IMG/VR virus record: IMGVR_UViG_3300002835_000007 | Coordinates: 141,932-205,931 of that record | Reading direction: 5' to 3' (one strand) | DNA: 64,000 nt | Part shown: positions 1-9,314 of the stretch, one piece after another | Layout: each line of letters starts with the position of its first letter | How positions within the stretch are numbered: the stretch's first letter is position 1 | Program-made: the position numbers and the translations under genes | Notes under the pieces: generated by a model | What the model was told of the DNA's origin: nothing | What the model saw: the letters and a program-made list of their open reading frames with translations, nothing else | The model's database searches: none

Positions 1-12
1 TAAGTGAAATAA

Positions 13-177
13 TTATTGTTTATCTATTTCTTCTTTAAATTCTTTAACCACTTCTGGTAAATTAAGGAAGTAACTTCTAACACGTTTACCTAAATCCATA
101 TCATTTGGATTTTCTTTAACTAAATTTTTAATGTCAGTTAACGCTGCTTCTACTAATTCTAATTTCATATTTTTCAT
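13..177 (-). CDS. small hypothetical phage protein (54 aa, not in ORF track)
   Basis: Manual translation MKNMKLELVEAALTDIKNLVKENPNDMDLGKRVRSYFLNLPEVVKEFKEEIDKQ*; PND-x-x-LG-x-x-VR motif seen in small phage proteins; host-type promoter upstream. Confidence 0.7.
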   Translation of the reverse strand: MKNMKLELVEAALTDIKNLVKENPNDMDLGKRVRSYFLNLPEVVKEFKEEIDKQ

Positions 178-194
178 AACAATATTTTTTAACT

Positions 195-223
195 AATGTA
201 CAATAAAAAAACCGAAGATGCAA
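195..223 (-). promoter_or_regulatory. host-sigma-type promoter TTGCAT-N17-TACATT, overlapping the upstream terminator
   Basis: Same 17-nt spacing as the other five host-type promoters listed; lies upstream of 13..177. Confidence 0.45.
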
Positions 224-235
224 ATCCTCGGTTTT
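205..235 (-). terminator. intrinsic terminator after 264..1133
   Basis: Minus strand ACCGAGGAT-TTGC-ATCTTCGGT (one G-U pair) followed by a T run. Confidence 0.75.
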
Positions 236-240
236 AATTT

Positions 241-252
241 ATGTGTTAACTC
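241..252. repeat. left arm of a 12-bp inverted repeat flanking 264..1133
   Basis: ATGTGTTAACTC is the exact reverse complement of GAGTTAACACAT at 1223-1234. Confidence 0.8.
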
Positions 253-263
253 GTTAATTTATT

Positions 264-1133
264 TTATGCTTTTGTGCCGCATTGACCACAAAACTTGTGT
301 CCTTTTCCTAATTTAGCACCACAGTTTGTGCAGTATACTTTTACATTGATATCTTCAACTGTGTTTATTTTTTGTGACACTGGTAACATTTTACATTCAA
401 TAGTGTGAAAAGCCCAGTATTCAAACTTTTTATCCACTGTAACAACCTTTTGGTCAGAAACTGAACCTTGCTCTACTCTACCAGTTTCTATGCTCTTAGA
501 ACGACTCTTTAGCGTTCTAGTTGGATTAGCTTCTTTTGGTGCGTCCATTGATAACATATCATTCATTGAATCAAGTGTTGGTACACTATTACTAACTGAA
601 GAAGTATATAACGCAGTAGACCCAATATGACCAGATGTGTTTGTAATATTAACGCTACCGTTAGGTATAGATGAAGCATACCCACCAATTGTTGTATTGT
701 TTATAGTTCCACCAAAACCTCTAGCAGTATTACTATTTATTGCTAGTGTGTTTAAGTAATTAGGAACTCTTTCTCTGTAGAATTCTACTTTGAAATCACC
801 ATTCTTTTCGATTGCTTTTTTAACTTCTTCAGTATTTGAAACTTCATAAGTATCAAATAAGAATTTTTTAGCAACATCTAAGTATCTGTCTAAGAATACT
901 CTTTGGCCAGGGTTCAATACCAAACCACCTTGTGAAATAGGATTACCATTAAGTATGATTTTAGCCAGAATAACATCCGTTGTTGGATTAAATAATTCGA
1001 TTTGGAACTCTTGTCCCTTTTGTAGATAATACGTTGGCATATCGCCCGTATTGTTGTAGACTTTAAGTCTTGATTTGTTCACAGCAATATTAGCTGTAGG
1101 CACAGATTGTGCCGCAGAATAATTTAAATACAT
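264..1133 (-). CDS. hypothetical protein with C-terminal zinc ribbon
   Basis: 289 aa ending CTNC-x10-CGQC; beta-rich N-terminal domain; low-complexity S/T/N/G linker. Confidence 0.75.
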   Translation of the reverse strand: MYLNYSAAQSVPTANIAVNKSRLKVYNNTGDMPTYYLQKGQEFQIELFNPTTDVILAKIILNGNPISQGGLVLNPGQRVFLDRYLDVAKKFLFDTYEVSNTEEVKKAIEKNGDFKVEFYRERVPNYLNTLAINSNTARGFGGTINNTTIGGYASSIPNGSVNITNTSGHIGSTALYTSSVSNSVPTLDSMNDMLSMDAPKEANPTRTLKSRSKSIETGRVEQGSVSDQKVVTVDKKFEYWAFHTIECKMLPVSQKINTVEDINVKVYCTNCGAKLGKGHKFCGQCGTKA

Positions 1134-1157
1134 TTTAATTAACTTTTAATTTTTGTT

Positions 1158-1234
1158 ATTATTGTACCGATACCTTTGCTGCCTTGACAGCTCTAAACCA
1201 TTTCTGGTCGGGACCAATACGTGAGTTAACACAT
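1158..1234 (-). ncRNA. candidate structured cis-regulatory 5' leader RNA
   Basis: GC-enriched island in AT-rich DNA; hairpins ACCA-GAAA-UGGU and GCUGU-CAAG-GCAGC enclosed by UAUUG/CAAUA; no known family recognised. Confidence 0.45.
1223..1234. repeat. right arm of the 12-bp inverted repeat
   Basis: GAGTTAACACAT, complementary to 241-252. Confidence 0.8.
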
Positions 1235-1235
1235 T

Positions 1236-1244
1236 TATAAATAT
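1236..1244 (-). promoter_or_regulatory. putative late promoter ATATTTATA
   Basis: Motif recurs upstream of about 16 genes in sense orientation. Confidence 0.55.
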
Positions 1245-1259
1245 AGTGAAAAAATGTTT

Positions 1260-1586
1260 TTAGTAAATACCTTTACAAAATATATTTTGTATTTGGTGCC
1301 AATATGTGTCAGCTTCATCTGGAATTGAATCACCAGACATACCTTTTTCTTTAACTTCATTAGCTATTAAATCTTGCTCATGTTTTAAATTATGTAAAGG
1401 TGTATAAATTTTTCGCATAATCTTATACCTAGTTATTCTATCAACGTTTTTTAAGGCTTCTTCAACATTATTAAAGGCTTCTTCAAAAGAATTAATAGTC
1501 ATTTTTTTACAAACATTAGAATAATTTAAATTTTTTTCATCTAAACTAATTTGTTCTCTAATTCTTTTTTTTATAAAACTTTTCAT
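1260..1586 (-). CDS. hypothetical protein, possible internal head protein
   Basis: 108 aa; N-terminus MKSFIKKRIREQISLDE carries I/L-x-E motifs. Confidence 0.65.
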   Translation of the reverse strand: MKSFIKKRIREQISLDEKNLNYSNVCKKMTINSFEEAFNNVEEALKNVDRITRYKIMRKIYTPLHNLKHEQDLIANEVKEKGMSGDSIPDEADTYWHQIQNIFCKGIY

Positions 1587-1587
1587 A

Positions 1588-2991
1588 TTATTGTCCTTTT
1601 CTTAAATCTGATTGATTAACTACGTCAAATTGAATTGCATTTTTAATAGTTGTAGTTTCTAGATTAGATGTAACTAACACGTCTAAGTAATAAGTATTTG
1701 GAATTAAACTAGCAGTATCTAATAAGAAATAGTAATGATTATTTGTTTTTTCTATTGGTTGGAAATCAATAACGGTTAATTCAGCAGCACCTTCAGAAAC
1801 AAATATTCTATATTTAATATCGTCTATTTTTTGTGATTGTTCAACTGTATAAGGTATTCTAGCTGATACTATAACCTTTCTAATGTCACCACGTTTGATT
1901 CTTTCTTTGTTTTGAATACCACTAACAGTAATAGCTGTCTTTTTAGGTAAAAAACTATTGTCGCCAATGTTATAATAATCCATTGAATCTTTTAATACAA
2001 AATCTAAAGAAATATTAGGTCTAGTAACGCCATTAATTGTTATACCAGTCCAAACATCATTAAACATAACACAATCACCATAACTTGATGGTACAATTAT
2101 ATCAATTGAATAAACACCTTTGGTTACATGTTTAACTTTGTTTGATGTGTAAGCTGAAAATAATATATCATTATCATTATAAACATTAACACTAGGTTTT
2201 GAATCTAAGTTAGTTGGGTTACCATTTACATTAACATATAAATATAATTTATTTGGTTTGTCAGTATAAAAATCTGTTCTATCATCATTTATATAATTAG
2301 TATAAACGGTTTCAATAAATGGTTCATAGAATGTTTGTGTGTTGTTTGTGAAAAAACCAACATATTGGTATTGGCTAGTATTTAATAATTCAAATGGGTA
2401 TGCAAATGCTATACCTAAACCATAGTTTGTGTTACCAGTTAAAACACCATTAACATAATCAGTAACATCCATTTCAATGTTTTCATTACCTTTATCAAAA
2501 TGTTGGTAAGTGACAGTAATAGCACTTGGTGAACCAGAATAAACACCAGCACCACCAACCCAATCGTAACCTATTTTTGGTCTTATCCAATTAGATGGAT
2601 TTGTACTGTAACCGTAATCACCAGTAAGTAATATAGGTATTTCATAATCATAACCAACACCATTATCCCAATCTTGGTTGATTTTAAAAAGAATTAAATC
2701 AAAAGATGTAGTCCTATCTTTTGAGCCCATACCAGTATTTAATAAATCTTTATCAAACGAACCAGTATTGGTCATTCTTAATGTGTGTTTTAGATTTGAT
2801 AATTCAGTAAAAGTACCACCAGTATAAAAATTTTTTAACCTTGCTTCATCAAAGTGAAATAAGAATCTAGTGTATTTTTGTTGAGTTAATGCCCCACCAT
2901 AAAATAATTCAGTTACTGGGTTCAAACCAGTATTAACATTAGAGTTACTAATTATAGTATTGCTTTTGTCAAAATATGTGCGTATTACCAT
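1588..2991 (-). CDS. putative virion structural protein (beta-sandwich/Ig-like domains)
   Basis: 467 aa, beta-rich; late motif upstream; adjacent to baseplate gene. Confidence 0.55.
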   Translation of the reverse strand: MVIRTYFDKSNTIISNSNVNTGLNPVTELFYGGALTQQKYTRFLFHFDEARLKNFYTGGTFTELSNLKHTLRMTNTGSFDKDLLNTGMGSKDRTTSFDLILFKINQDWDNGVGYDYEIPILLTGDYGYSTNPSNWIRPKIGYDWVGGAGVYSGSPSAITVTYQHFDKGNENIEMDVTDYVNGVLTGNTNYGLGIAFAYPFELLNTSQYQYVGFFTNNTQTFYEPFIETVYTNYINDDRTDFYTDKPNKLYLYVNVNGNPTNLDSKPSVNVYNDNDILFSAYTSNKVKHVTKGVYSIDIIVPSSYGDCVMFNDVWTGITINGVTRPNISLDFVLKDSMDYYNIGDNSFLPKKTAITVSGIQNKERIKRGDIRKVIVSARIPYTVEQSQKIDDIKYRIFVSEGAAELTVIDFQPIEKTNNHYYFLLDTASLIPNTYYLDVLVTSNLETTTIKNAIQFDVVNQSDLRKGQ

Positions 2992-3004
2992 TTGTTTTTT
3001 ATTA

Positions 3005-3012
3005 ATAAATAT
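3005..3012 (-). promoter_or_regulatory. putative late promoter ATATTTAT
   Basis: 13 nt upstream of ATG at 2991. Confidence 0.6.
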
Positions 3013-3021
3013 CTTAAAATA

Positions 3022-4038
3022 TTAATTAATACGAATGTTTTTAGATAACAATATTTTTTCTAGTTTACCAAATTCTTGTTCAAATGTTTCCATAACACCT
3101 ACTTGGTTACCTTCCGCTTGTATGTCTTCGGCTTTTTTACCATGAGTACTGTGTACGTGTGAAACAATACCGCTTTTTAACAGTTTTAACATGTCTAATA
3201 AAATATCACCAAATGGTATTGGGTGTGCAGCTATATTACGGTCATCACTCATTAAATTATTTATTTGGTCTTTAGACAATAAATCATCTTGATTTAAAAT
3301 GACATTTGGGCTGCCACCGTATGTTAATAAATTTATTTTATTTGACACAATATTAGTGACTGTACCTAACGTGGTCATTTTTTTATCTTTTGAAAAATTA
3401 AAATTATTTTTTATTTGTATGAACCCTTGTGTTGCCAAATTAAATTTAAAATCATAAGGATTATTGTTTTCACCTTTTTTTGAACTCACAAATTTACCAG
3501 CTCTTATTAATATTTCGTTTTCTTTTTGTATGATATCTGTGTTGTATCTACCTTGAATAGTGACATCTTCTGGGTCAGCAAAAACACCTTTTAAACTTGG
3601 TATAATGTTATTGTTTGTTTTTATACTAGTAACTGGTGGGTCTATCTTACCCGTCCCATATGAAAACATTCGTCTAGCAGATATGGACCCTTCATCTTTT
3701 CTTAATTTATCTAATGATGAAATTATTGGTCCTATATAATAAACATCTTGGGTCATTGCACCTTCAAATGTGAAAACAAGCACTGCTTCATCTACTTTAG
3801 GAATAACTGATAAATGTTTTGGTAATAATGGAATAGCTGTTGTCCATATTCTGTTACCTTTAGCGTCTAGTTTAACTCCAGTACCACCAACAGATGGTGT
3901 TGCTGGTATATCTACTTGTATTCTCCCAAAACCATATTCATCATAAATTCCTTTAACGATAGCAATTTGAGCTATCTTAAAAATATTCTTTTGAAATATG
4001 TTTTTATCTGTGACATTAAATTTACCTATAAAATACAT
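3022..4038 (-). CDS. baseplate hub/central spike protein (gp5/gpV-like)
   Basis: N-terminal OB-fold-like D-x-x-x-x-GRIQV...P-x-VDEAVLV; C-terminal HVH motif typical of spike tips. Confidence 0.65.
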   Translation of the reverse strand: MYFIGKFNVTDKNIFQKNIFKIAQIAIVKGIYDEYGFGRIQVDIPATPSVGGTGVKLDAKGNRIWTTAIPLLPKHLSVIPKVDEAVLVFTFEGAMTQDVYYIGPIISSLDKLRKDEGSISARRMFSYGTGKIDPPVTSIKTNNNIIPSLKGVFADPEDVTIQGRYNTDIIQKENEILIRAGKFVSSKKGENNNPYDFKFNLATQGFIQIKNNFNFSKDKKMTTLGTVTNIVSNKINLLTYGGSPNVILNQDDLLSKDQINNLMSDDRNIAAHPIPFGDILLDMLKLLKSGIVSHVHSTHGKKAEDIQAEGNQVGVMETFEQEFGKLEKILLSKNIRIN

Positions 4039-4039
4039 T

Positions 4040-4234
4040 CTAATCTTTTTTTAATCTTTTTAATAATAAAACATTTGCATAATTAAAACGATTTTCAATC
4101 TCAACTAATTCATCAAAATCTTTTAACATCTTTAATTTCAAAGACTCGTAATCAGCTTCCATTTGTTTAACTTCAAACAAAATTTCATTGTTTGTTTTAT
4201 CATCTAAATCTTTATTTTTATTTTCTTCACTCAT
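4040..4234 (-). CDS. hypothetical coiled-coil protein
   Basis: 64-aa ORF packed within the operon. Confidence 0.65.
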   Translation of the reverse strand: MSEENKNKDLDDKTNNEILFEVKQMEADYESLKLKMLKDFDELVEIENRFNYANVLLLKRLKKD

Positions 4235-4246
4235 ATTAAAACTTTT

Positions 4247-4705
4247 TTAAGTCATTATACCATTACCCATGGCCATACCAGTAGTAGCACCTTGTCCAAC
4301 AGTTGGAATACCTAGGTTACCAATAGCAACAGTAGTTACTGGAATACCAGGCGGCAAAGCAACTTGAACTACAGCTTCTGTTTGTAAGGCGTTTACCATT
4401 TCTTCTGCTCTTATTAATTCCATTATTTCTTCAGTGTTTGGACTGTTACTAAAAACATCACCAGTTACTCTACCAGCTTCTGATTGTCTTGCTATAATTC
4501 TAGAAGCAATTGATTTTGCTGACAAACCTGGTCGTAATGAAGCACCTAACATTATCAATGGTGGTGGTAATGGTATTGCTGGTTTTTCTGGTATTTTAAA
4601 AACACTTAGAAGAAGATTTATAATCCCACTTAAATTTCGTAATGAAAAATTAGTACTTGCGTTAGGGGCATTTGGTGTATTTGGTTTACAAGATGTTTTT
4701 GCCAT
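4247..4705 (-). CDS. hypothetical, probable baseplate-associated structural protein
   Basis: 152 aa, Pro/Gly-rich; overlaps the stop of the upstream gene. Confidence 0.55.
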   Translation of the reverse strand: MAKTSCKPNTPNAPNASTNFSLRNLSGIINLLLSVFKIPEKPAIPLPPPLIMLGASLRPGLSAKSIASRIIARQSEAGRVTGDVFSNSPNTEEIMELIRAEEMVNALQTEAVVQVALPPGIPVTTVAIGNLGIPTVGQGATTGMAMGNGIMT

Positions 4706-6126
4706 TATGATAATCCTTTAATAATTCTGATAGCGTCTTGTGGAACTCCAGTTAAGCTCAACAACTGTGCTAACTTATTTTTACTTTTTTCAACAGCTTT
4801 TTTAGCAACAACACTATTTGCTAATTTTGTCATTTCTTTCATCCCTATTGCTAATAATTTTTCTACCACAATATCTGAAACTGTTTTAATCATTTCTTTA
4901 ATTAACCTTTTATTCTTTTTAATAAATTCAACTGGGTCTTTGTATTCACCACTTAAAGTATAAATTATTTTAAAGTTAATAAGAAATATCATTAGTATTT
5001 TAGGTGATAATATAACACTAACAATTGCTTTTGTCAAGCTACTAATTAATTTTTGTATGAAATCTAATTTAACAGAAATTTTATCACTTTGATTTGGTAC
5101 GTTTTTAGCACTTTCATCACTCATTTTATCTATGTTAGCTGTTAATGTTTGTTTTTTATCAACAAACGATGCAGCGTTGTTCATTTCCTCATTAAAAGTG
5201 ATTAACGTATCTGAACCAACAGTGGAAATTGATTCTGTTGATGTTTTTACTTTAATCATACCACTTTGTCTTCTTGCTGAATCTCTTTCTATTGTCGCTA
5301 TTTGTTGATTATCAAAAGTGAAATAACTATCATCTATTTCATCATCACAACCATCATCATTTATTAGTTTATCAACAATATTATTTATTTTACCTTCTTG
5401 GTCTAATTGTTTTTTTGTTTTTGAAATGGTTACAGATATTGAACCGAAAATAACATCCATAATGTTATTAACTACTTTTTGTGCATTGAATAATGTGAGT
5501 GAATCAATAAAATCATTATTTAAATCAGTTAATGTTTTATTGTCATAACTTTGGTTAACTCTAATAGTAAATGTATTATTTGGTCTATTAACGTTACCTA
5601 AAGAATTAAAAGTAATATCTAATATACCTTTCCATGATTGTGTTATACCATCATTTTGAGTAACACCATATAAAAAAGTGTTAAAATCTGAAGAATTTGT
5701 TAATGGTGATGTGATATCATCATATAATAAGATACCAACTTTTGAATTAGCATCTACTTTAAACATATCTAAGAAATCTGCTTTTTTAACTTCAATGTTA
5801 ATACCAGCACCAGTTGATTTTAAAAAACTTGGAATGCTTGGATTAACACCACAACTAACTAGTGTTATTAATTCTCTTTTTAAAGCTGTTTTAACTTTAA
5901 GTTCTATCTCATCGAATGAGTAAGTTAGGATATCAACAACAGAGTCTCTTAACGCTTCGTAACCAATTAATGATTTTATTAAATCGGTTAAAAAGACAAT
6001 AGGGTCTTTACCATTGTTTAATGATGGTAAAGAGTTTATTAATTTCATAATTGGCATTTGCTCTGTTAAAACCCTAGCTGATGCAATATATCCGAAAACT
6101 TTCTTTTTTTGGTCAAGTAATGCCAT
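4705..6126 (-). CDS. hypothetical protein, probably structural
   Basis: 473-aa ORF in the operon with the baseplate spike gene. Confidence 0.6.
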   Translation of the reverse strand: MALLDQKKKVFGYIASARVLTEQMPIMKLINSLPSLNNGKDPIVFLTDLIKSLIGYEALRDSVVDILTYSFDEIELKVKTALKRELITLVSCGVNPSIPSFLKSTGAGINIEVKKADFLDMFKVDANSKVGILLYDDITSPLTNSSDFNTFLYGVTQNDGITQSWKGILDITFNSLGNVNRPNNTFTIRVNQSYDNKTLTDLNNDFIDSLTLFNAQKVVNNIMDVIFGSISVTISKTKKQLDQEGKINNIVDKLINDDGCDDEIDDSYFTFDNQQIATIERDSARRQSGMIKVKTSTESISTVGSDTLITFNEEMNNAASFVDKKQTLTANIDKMSDESAKNVPNQSDKISVKLDFIQKLISSLTKAIVSVILSPKILMIFLINFKIIYTLSGEYKDPVEFIKKNKRLIKEMIKTVSDIVVEKLLAIGMKEMTKLANSVVAKKAVEKSKNKLAQLLSLTGVPQDAIRIIKGLS

Positions 6127-6129
6127 ACA

Positions 6130-6522
6130 TTAAAATAATTCATTGTCGTTATTTTCGTTCAACCCACCATTTTTAATCATTTCTCTAATTGATTTATAAT
6201 CATTTAATGATGCACTGCCTTGGCTTCGTTCATTAATAGTTGATTCAACGTCACCACGATTTTTAATTATATCACTTTGTAATTTAGCGATTTCTAATTT
6301 AATTCTGATTGCTGAGTCTTTTACTTTTAGTAAACTACCTTTTTCTTTTGCTATTTTAGTTAAATCATCAACGTCTACTGGAGAAGCACTAGCTGCTAAT
6401 TCATTGATAGTTTTTTGAGCGTCATTTATTTGTAAACATGCGTCATTATAAGTTTCTTGCATTAAACCTTCTAATGATTCTGTATCGTTAACTTTTACGT
6501 CTTGTTTCTTTTTTCTAGGCAT
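6130..6522 (-). CDS. hypothetical helical protein (weakly small-terminase-like)
   Basis: 130 aa, predicted helical hairpin; late-motif variant GTATTTAT at 6559-6566. Confidence 0.5.
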   Translation of the reverse strand: MPRKKKQDVKVNDTESLEGLMQETYNDACLQINDAQKTINELAASASPVDVDDLTKIAKEKGSLLKVKDSAIRIKLEIAKLQSDIIKNRGDVESTINERSQGSASLNDYKSIREMIKNGGLNENNDNELF

Positions 6523-6596
6523 TTTATTTTAGTTTTAAAATGTTTGTTATCTATATATATAAATACCTAATATATTAAAAAAAATAATGTAAACAT

Positions 6597-7322
6597 CTAT
6601 AAACCATAGTTTTTTAAAACTTCATAAAGTAGTTTATAACGTTTCATTCCAATCCTAATATCTTTAGTTGATAAATTGGTGTAATTCCTCATAGTTTCTA
6701 AGAAAGAATTCTTATTATATTTAGACCCTCCTTCCATTGAAGAGAAGACTAATTCCCAATTTTCTAAAATATCTATTAACGCATAACCAATTTTAATTTC
6801 ATTTTCATTTAATTTTTTCTTATGGTTATTTTCGCTTTCTAATTCTGTTTTAATTTCACCGACTAATTTTTTAATGAAGTCACCCATTTCAACACTATCT
6901 CTATCGATAACGTATGTCAAATCTTCCCTTTCTTCGATGCTATCGTTTAATTCTTCGTAAGATGTTGTTTGTCTAATATATTTTTCATCTTTGATTAGTA
7001 ACCCTAAAATATAGTGTTTACTAATTGTTCCAAAATATGAATAAGCTTTTTTGCCTCTACCACTTTCAAATTTGTGTACTTTTGTCATTAGGAAAGATAA
7101 AGTGTCGCTATGCAACTCTTCAAATGTCTCACCCTTTCTATACAACTTGTACTTTCTAATTATCGACTCTATCATTTTATCGAGTGGCCCTTTAAGCCAC
7201 TCGTTAAAAATTAGATTCCTTTCTGTTTCGTCTGTTGATTCTAAAAATTTGATTACTGCTTCTTCTTCTTCTGGACCAAAGTACATTTCGTTTGTTCTTT
7301 TTCGTCCTCGTTTTGTAACCAT
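6597..7322 (-). CDS. phage RNA polymerase sigma factor (T4 gp55-like)
   Basis: Region-2-like segment DTLSFLMTKVHKFESGRGKKAYSYFGTISKHYI resembles gp55 KF..AFAYFT. Confidence 0.65.
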   Translation of the reverse strand: MVTKRGRKRTNEMYFGPEEEEAVIKFLESTDETERNLIFNEWLKGPLDKMIESIIRKYKLYRKGETFEELHSDTLSFLMTKVHKFESGRGKKAYSYFGTISKHYILGLLIKDEKYIRQTTSYEELNDSIEEREDLTYVIDRDSVEMGDFIKKLVGEIKTELESENNHKKKLNENEIKIGYALIDILENWELVFSSMEGGSKYNKNSFLETMRNYTNLSTKDIRIGMKRYKLLYEVLKNYGL

Positions 7323-7325
7323 TTT

Positions 7326-8120
7326 TTAATTTTGTGAATCATACGTTATATTTCTATCTTTAGCGAAATAATATTCTTTTTTAGCAGTTGCTAACCACCA
7401 TCTTGCCTCAACTGGGTCAATAGTTTCTCTGTAAGATGCAAATAATGAGTCTTTTCTTTGGTTAATATGTTTGTATCCAAATCTAGGGATAACCATAACT
7501 CTAGCGTCTTTAAATGTCATTCTTAATAAGAATTCAGTAATGAAGGTTAATTTAATACTTGGTTTAAATCCTCCGAACTCATCATACATTGATTTTTTCA
7601 TTACAAACCCATCAACATTAAAGTTTTGGTAAGCTAATAGAGCATTGTTATCTAGGATTCCTAATTCATCAGAAAAACTTTGAGCCCATACTGCTTCGTT
7701 TGTAAAACCAATAAACTCATTATTTTCATTAACGTCAATAACGATAGGCATAAAGATATCTACGTTAGTATGTGCTTTTTGATATTCAACAACATTTTTA
7801 AACCAAATATTAGAATATTCATCATCAAGTTCTAAGATTGAGAACCATTCTGTTTTACATACTGACACACCATAATTTATTTGAGATGCGAAATCAGTTT
7901 GTCCATCATTTTCAGCAATAACAACAGAATTGCTATAATCACCAAAATCTAGAGTTTTAATATGTTTTACTACATCACTATTTTTAGGTGCTACAATTAT
8001 TAAAGTTTCTGGTCTAACATTTTGAGTTAAGACACTTTTAATTGCGTTATCTAATAAAGGTTTAGTCACTTCATTTAAAGCGTGCACTGGTAAAATTACA
8101 CTTATATTATTTTTTTCCAT
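7326..8120 (-). CDS. glycosyltransferase family 2
   Basis: ISVILPVH N-terminus; LELDDEY DxD-type motif; NFNVDG. Confidence 0.85.
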   Translation of the reverse strand: MEKNNISVILPVHALNEVTKPLLDNAIKSVLTQNVRPETLIIVAPKNSDVVKHIKTLDFGDYSNSVVIAENDGQTDFASQINYGVSVCKTEWFSILELDDEYSNIWFKNVVEYQKAHTNVDIFMPIVIDVNENNEFIGFTNEAVWAQSFSDELGILDNNALLAYQNFNVDGFVMKKSMYDEFGGFKPSIKLTFITEFLLRMTFKDARVMVIPRFGYKHINQRKDSLFASYRETIDPVEARWWLATAKKEYYFAKDRNITYDSQN

Positions 8121-8141
8121 ATTTTTTAATTTAATATTTTA

Positions 8142-9293
8142 TTATGCGTTAGTTGGTTCAACCTCGCTTAAAGATTCAGTTAATTTTTCTAAAACAATAC
8201 CTAATTCTGCTTTTCTACTTTCAAAAAGTTTAGTATAAACTTCAGATGCAGCAGCGATTTGTTTTTCACTAGTGTATTGACCTTTAGATTCAGCCATACC
8301 ATTTAATAATTCTTGTGGTAATGAATCTTCAAACCAAACTTTTAAATAGTTAGCGATTAGTTCTGGAATGTTTAAAGTTGTGTTAGTCCAAACACCATTA
8401 TTTTTAATTACTTTAACACCACTCTCATTTGTTGTTTCCATCCATTCTGGAACCATGTTAGGTATTTTACCAATTACTGGTGTGTTTGACTCAATTGCTT
8501 CCAATGGGAAAGTACCAAATCCAGATTGGTCATCAATCCAAACAGCTAAACAAGATTTAGATAATTCAGCAGCAAATTGTTTTTTAGGTAACCCTCTTAA
8601 TTCTTTAAATGTAATCCATTTGTAAAGTGGGTATTGTAAGTAGAATGATTTAGCTATTTTAGCAGCTTCACCATGGTTTCTAGTTAAAATAGAAACAACT
8701 GGGATTTTAGGTTTATCACTATCTGTAAAATAATCAGAAATAGATACTGGTACAACATGTGTTTGAATTGAAGGGAATAATGATTTAACATAATCCGCTT
8801 GTTTTTCAGATGTAGTAATTACATCGTTAAATCCGTAATCAACGTTCCATCTTTTACCAATTTGTAACAATTCTAATAAATAATCATAACTTTGTGATAT
8901 AACTATTTTTTTACATGGAAACCCTTTAAGTTGGTCCATAATGTTAGAAAAAATTTCTGGTATAACCACAAAATCAGAAGGTGATATGTTTAACTCTTGC
9001 CCTTCAATTGAAGCGTGAGGTAAAGCAGCATATTCTTCACCTAACCAATCAGCGACACCATTACCTTCTTGGTCACCTCTTAATTTATAATCATTTTTTT
9101 CATGTAACACACATGCACTGTATCCTAAATCATTTAAAATTTTAACGTGTTCGTAAATGTTAGCGATACCAGCGGTTGGGTTACCTTTTGTGTCTAGCAC
9201 AAAGAAATAAACTCTAAAGTTTTTAGTTTCAAAGTTATTTAAAGCCAAAGCTATTTGGCTTATTTGTTCTTCAATTTGTTTTTTTTGTTCCAT
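8142..9293 (-). CDS. glycosyltransferase, GT-B fold (GT4-like)
   Basis: DFVVIPE; C-terminal GFGTFPLEAIESNTPVIG (E-x7-E-like). Confidence 0.8.
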   Translation of the reverse strand: MEQKKQIEEQISQIALALNNFETKNFRVYFFVLDTKGNPTAGIANIYEHVKILNDLGYSACVLHEKNDYKLRGDQEGNGVADWLGEEYAALPHASIEGQELNISPSDFVVIPEIFSNIMDQLKGFPCKKIVISQSYDYLLELLQIGKRWNVDYGFNDVITTSEKQADYVKSLFPSIQTHVVPVSISDYFTDSDKPKIPVVSILTRNHGEAAKIAKSFYLQYPLYKWITFKELRGLPKKQFAAELSKSCLAVWIDDQSGFGTFPLEAIESNTPVIGKIPNMVPEWMETTNESGVKVIKNNGVWTNTTLNIPELIANYLKVWFEDSLPQELLNGMAESKGQYTSEKQIAAASEVYTKLFESRKAELGIVLEKLTESLSEVEPTNA

Positions 9294-9314
9294 ATTTTTA
9301 GTGTTATTATTTGG

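Noticed and set aside
1167-1211. Assignment of the leader RNA to a known riboswitch or ribozyme (TPP, SAM, c-di-GMP, hammerhead)
   Set aside because: I do not see the conserved core sequences of those families; left unassigned pending an Rfam search.
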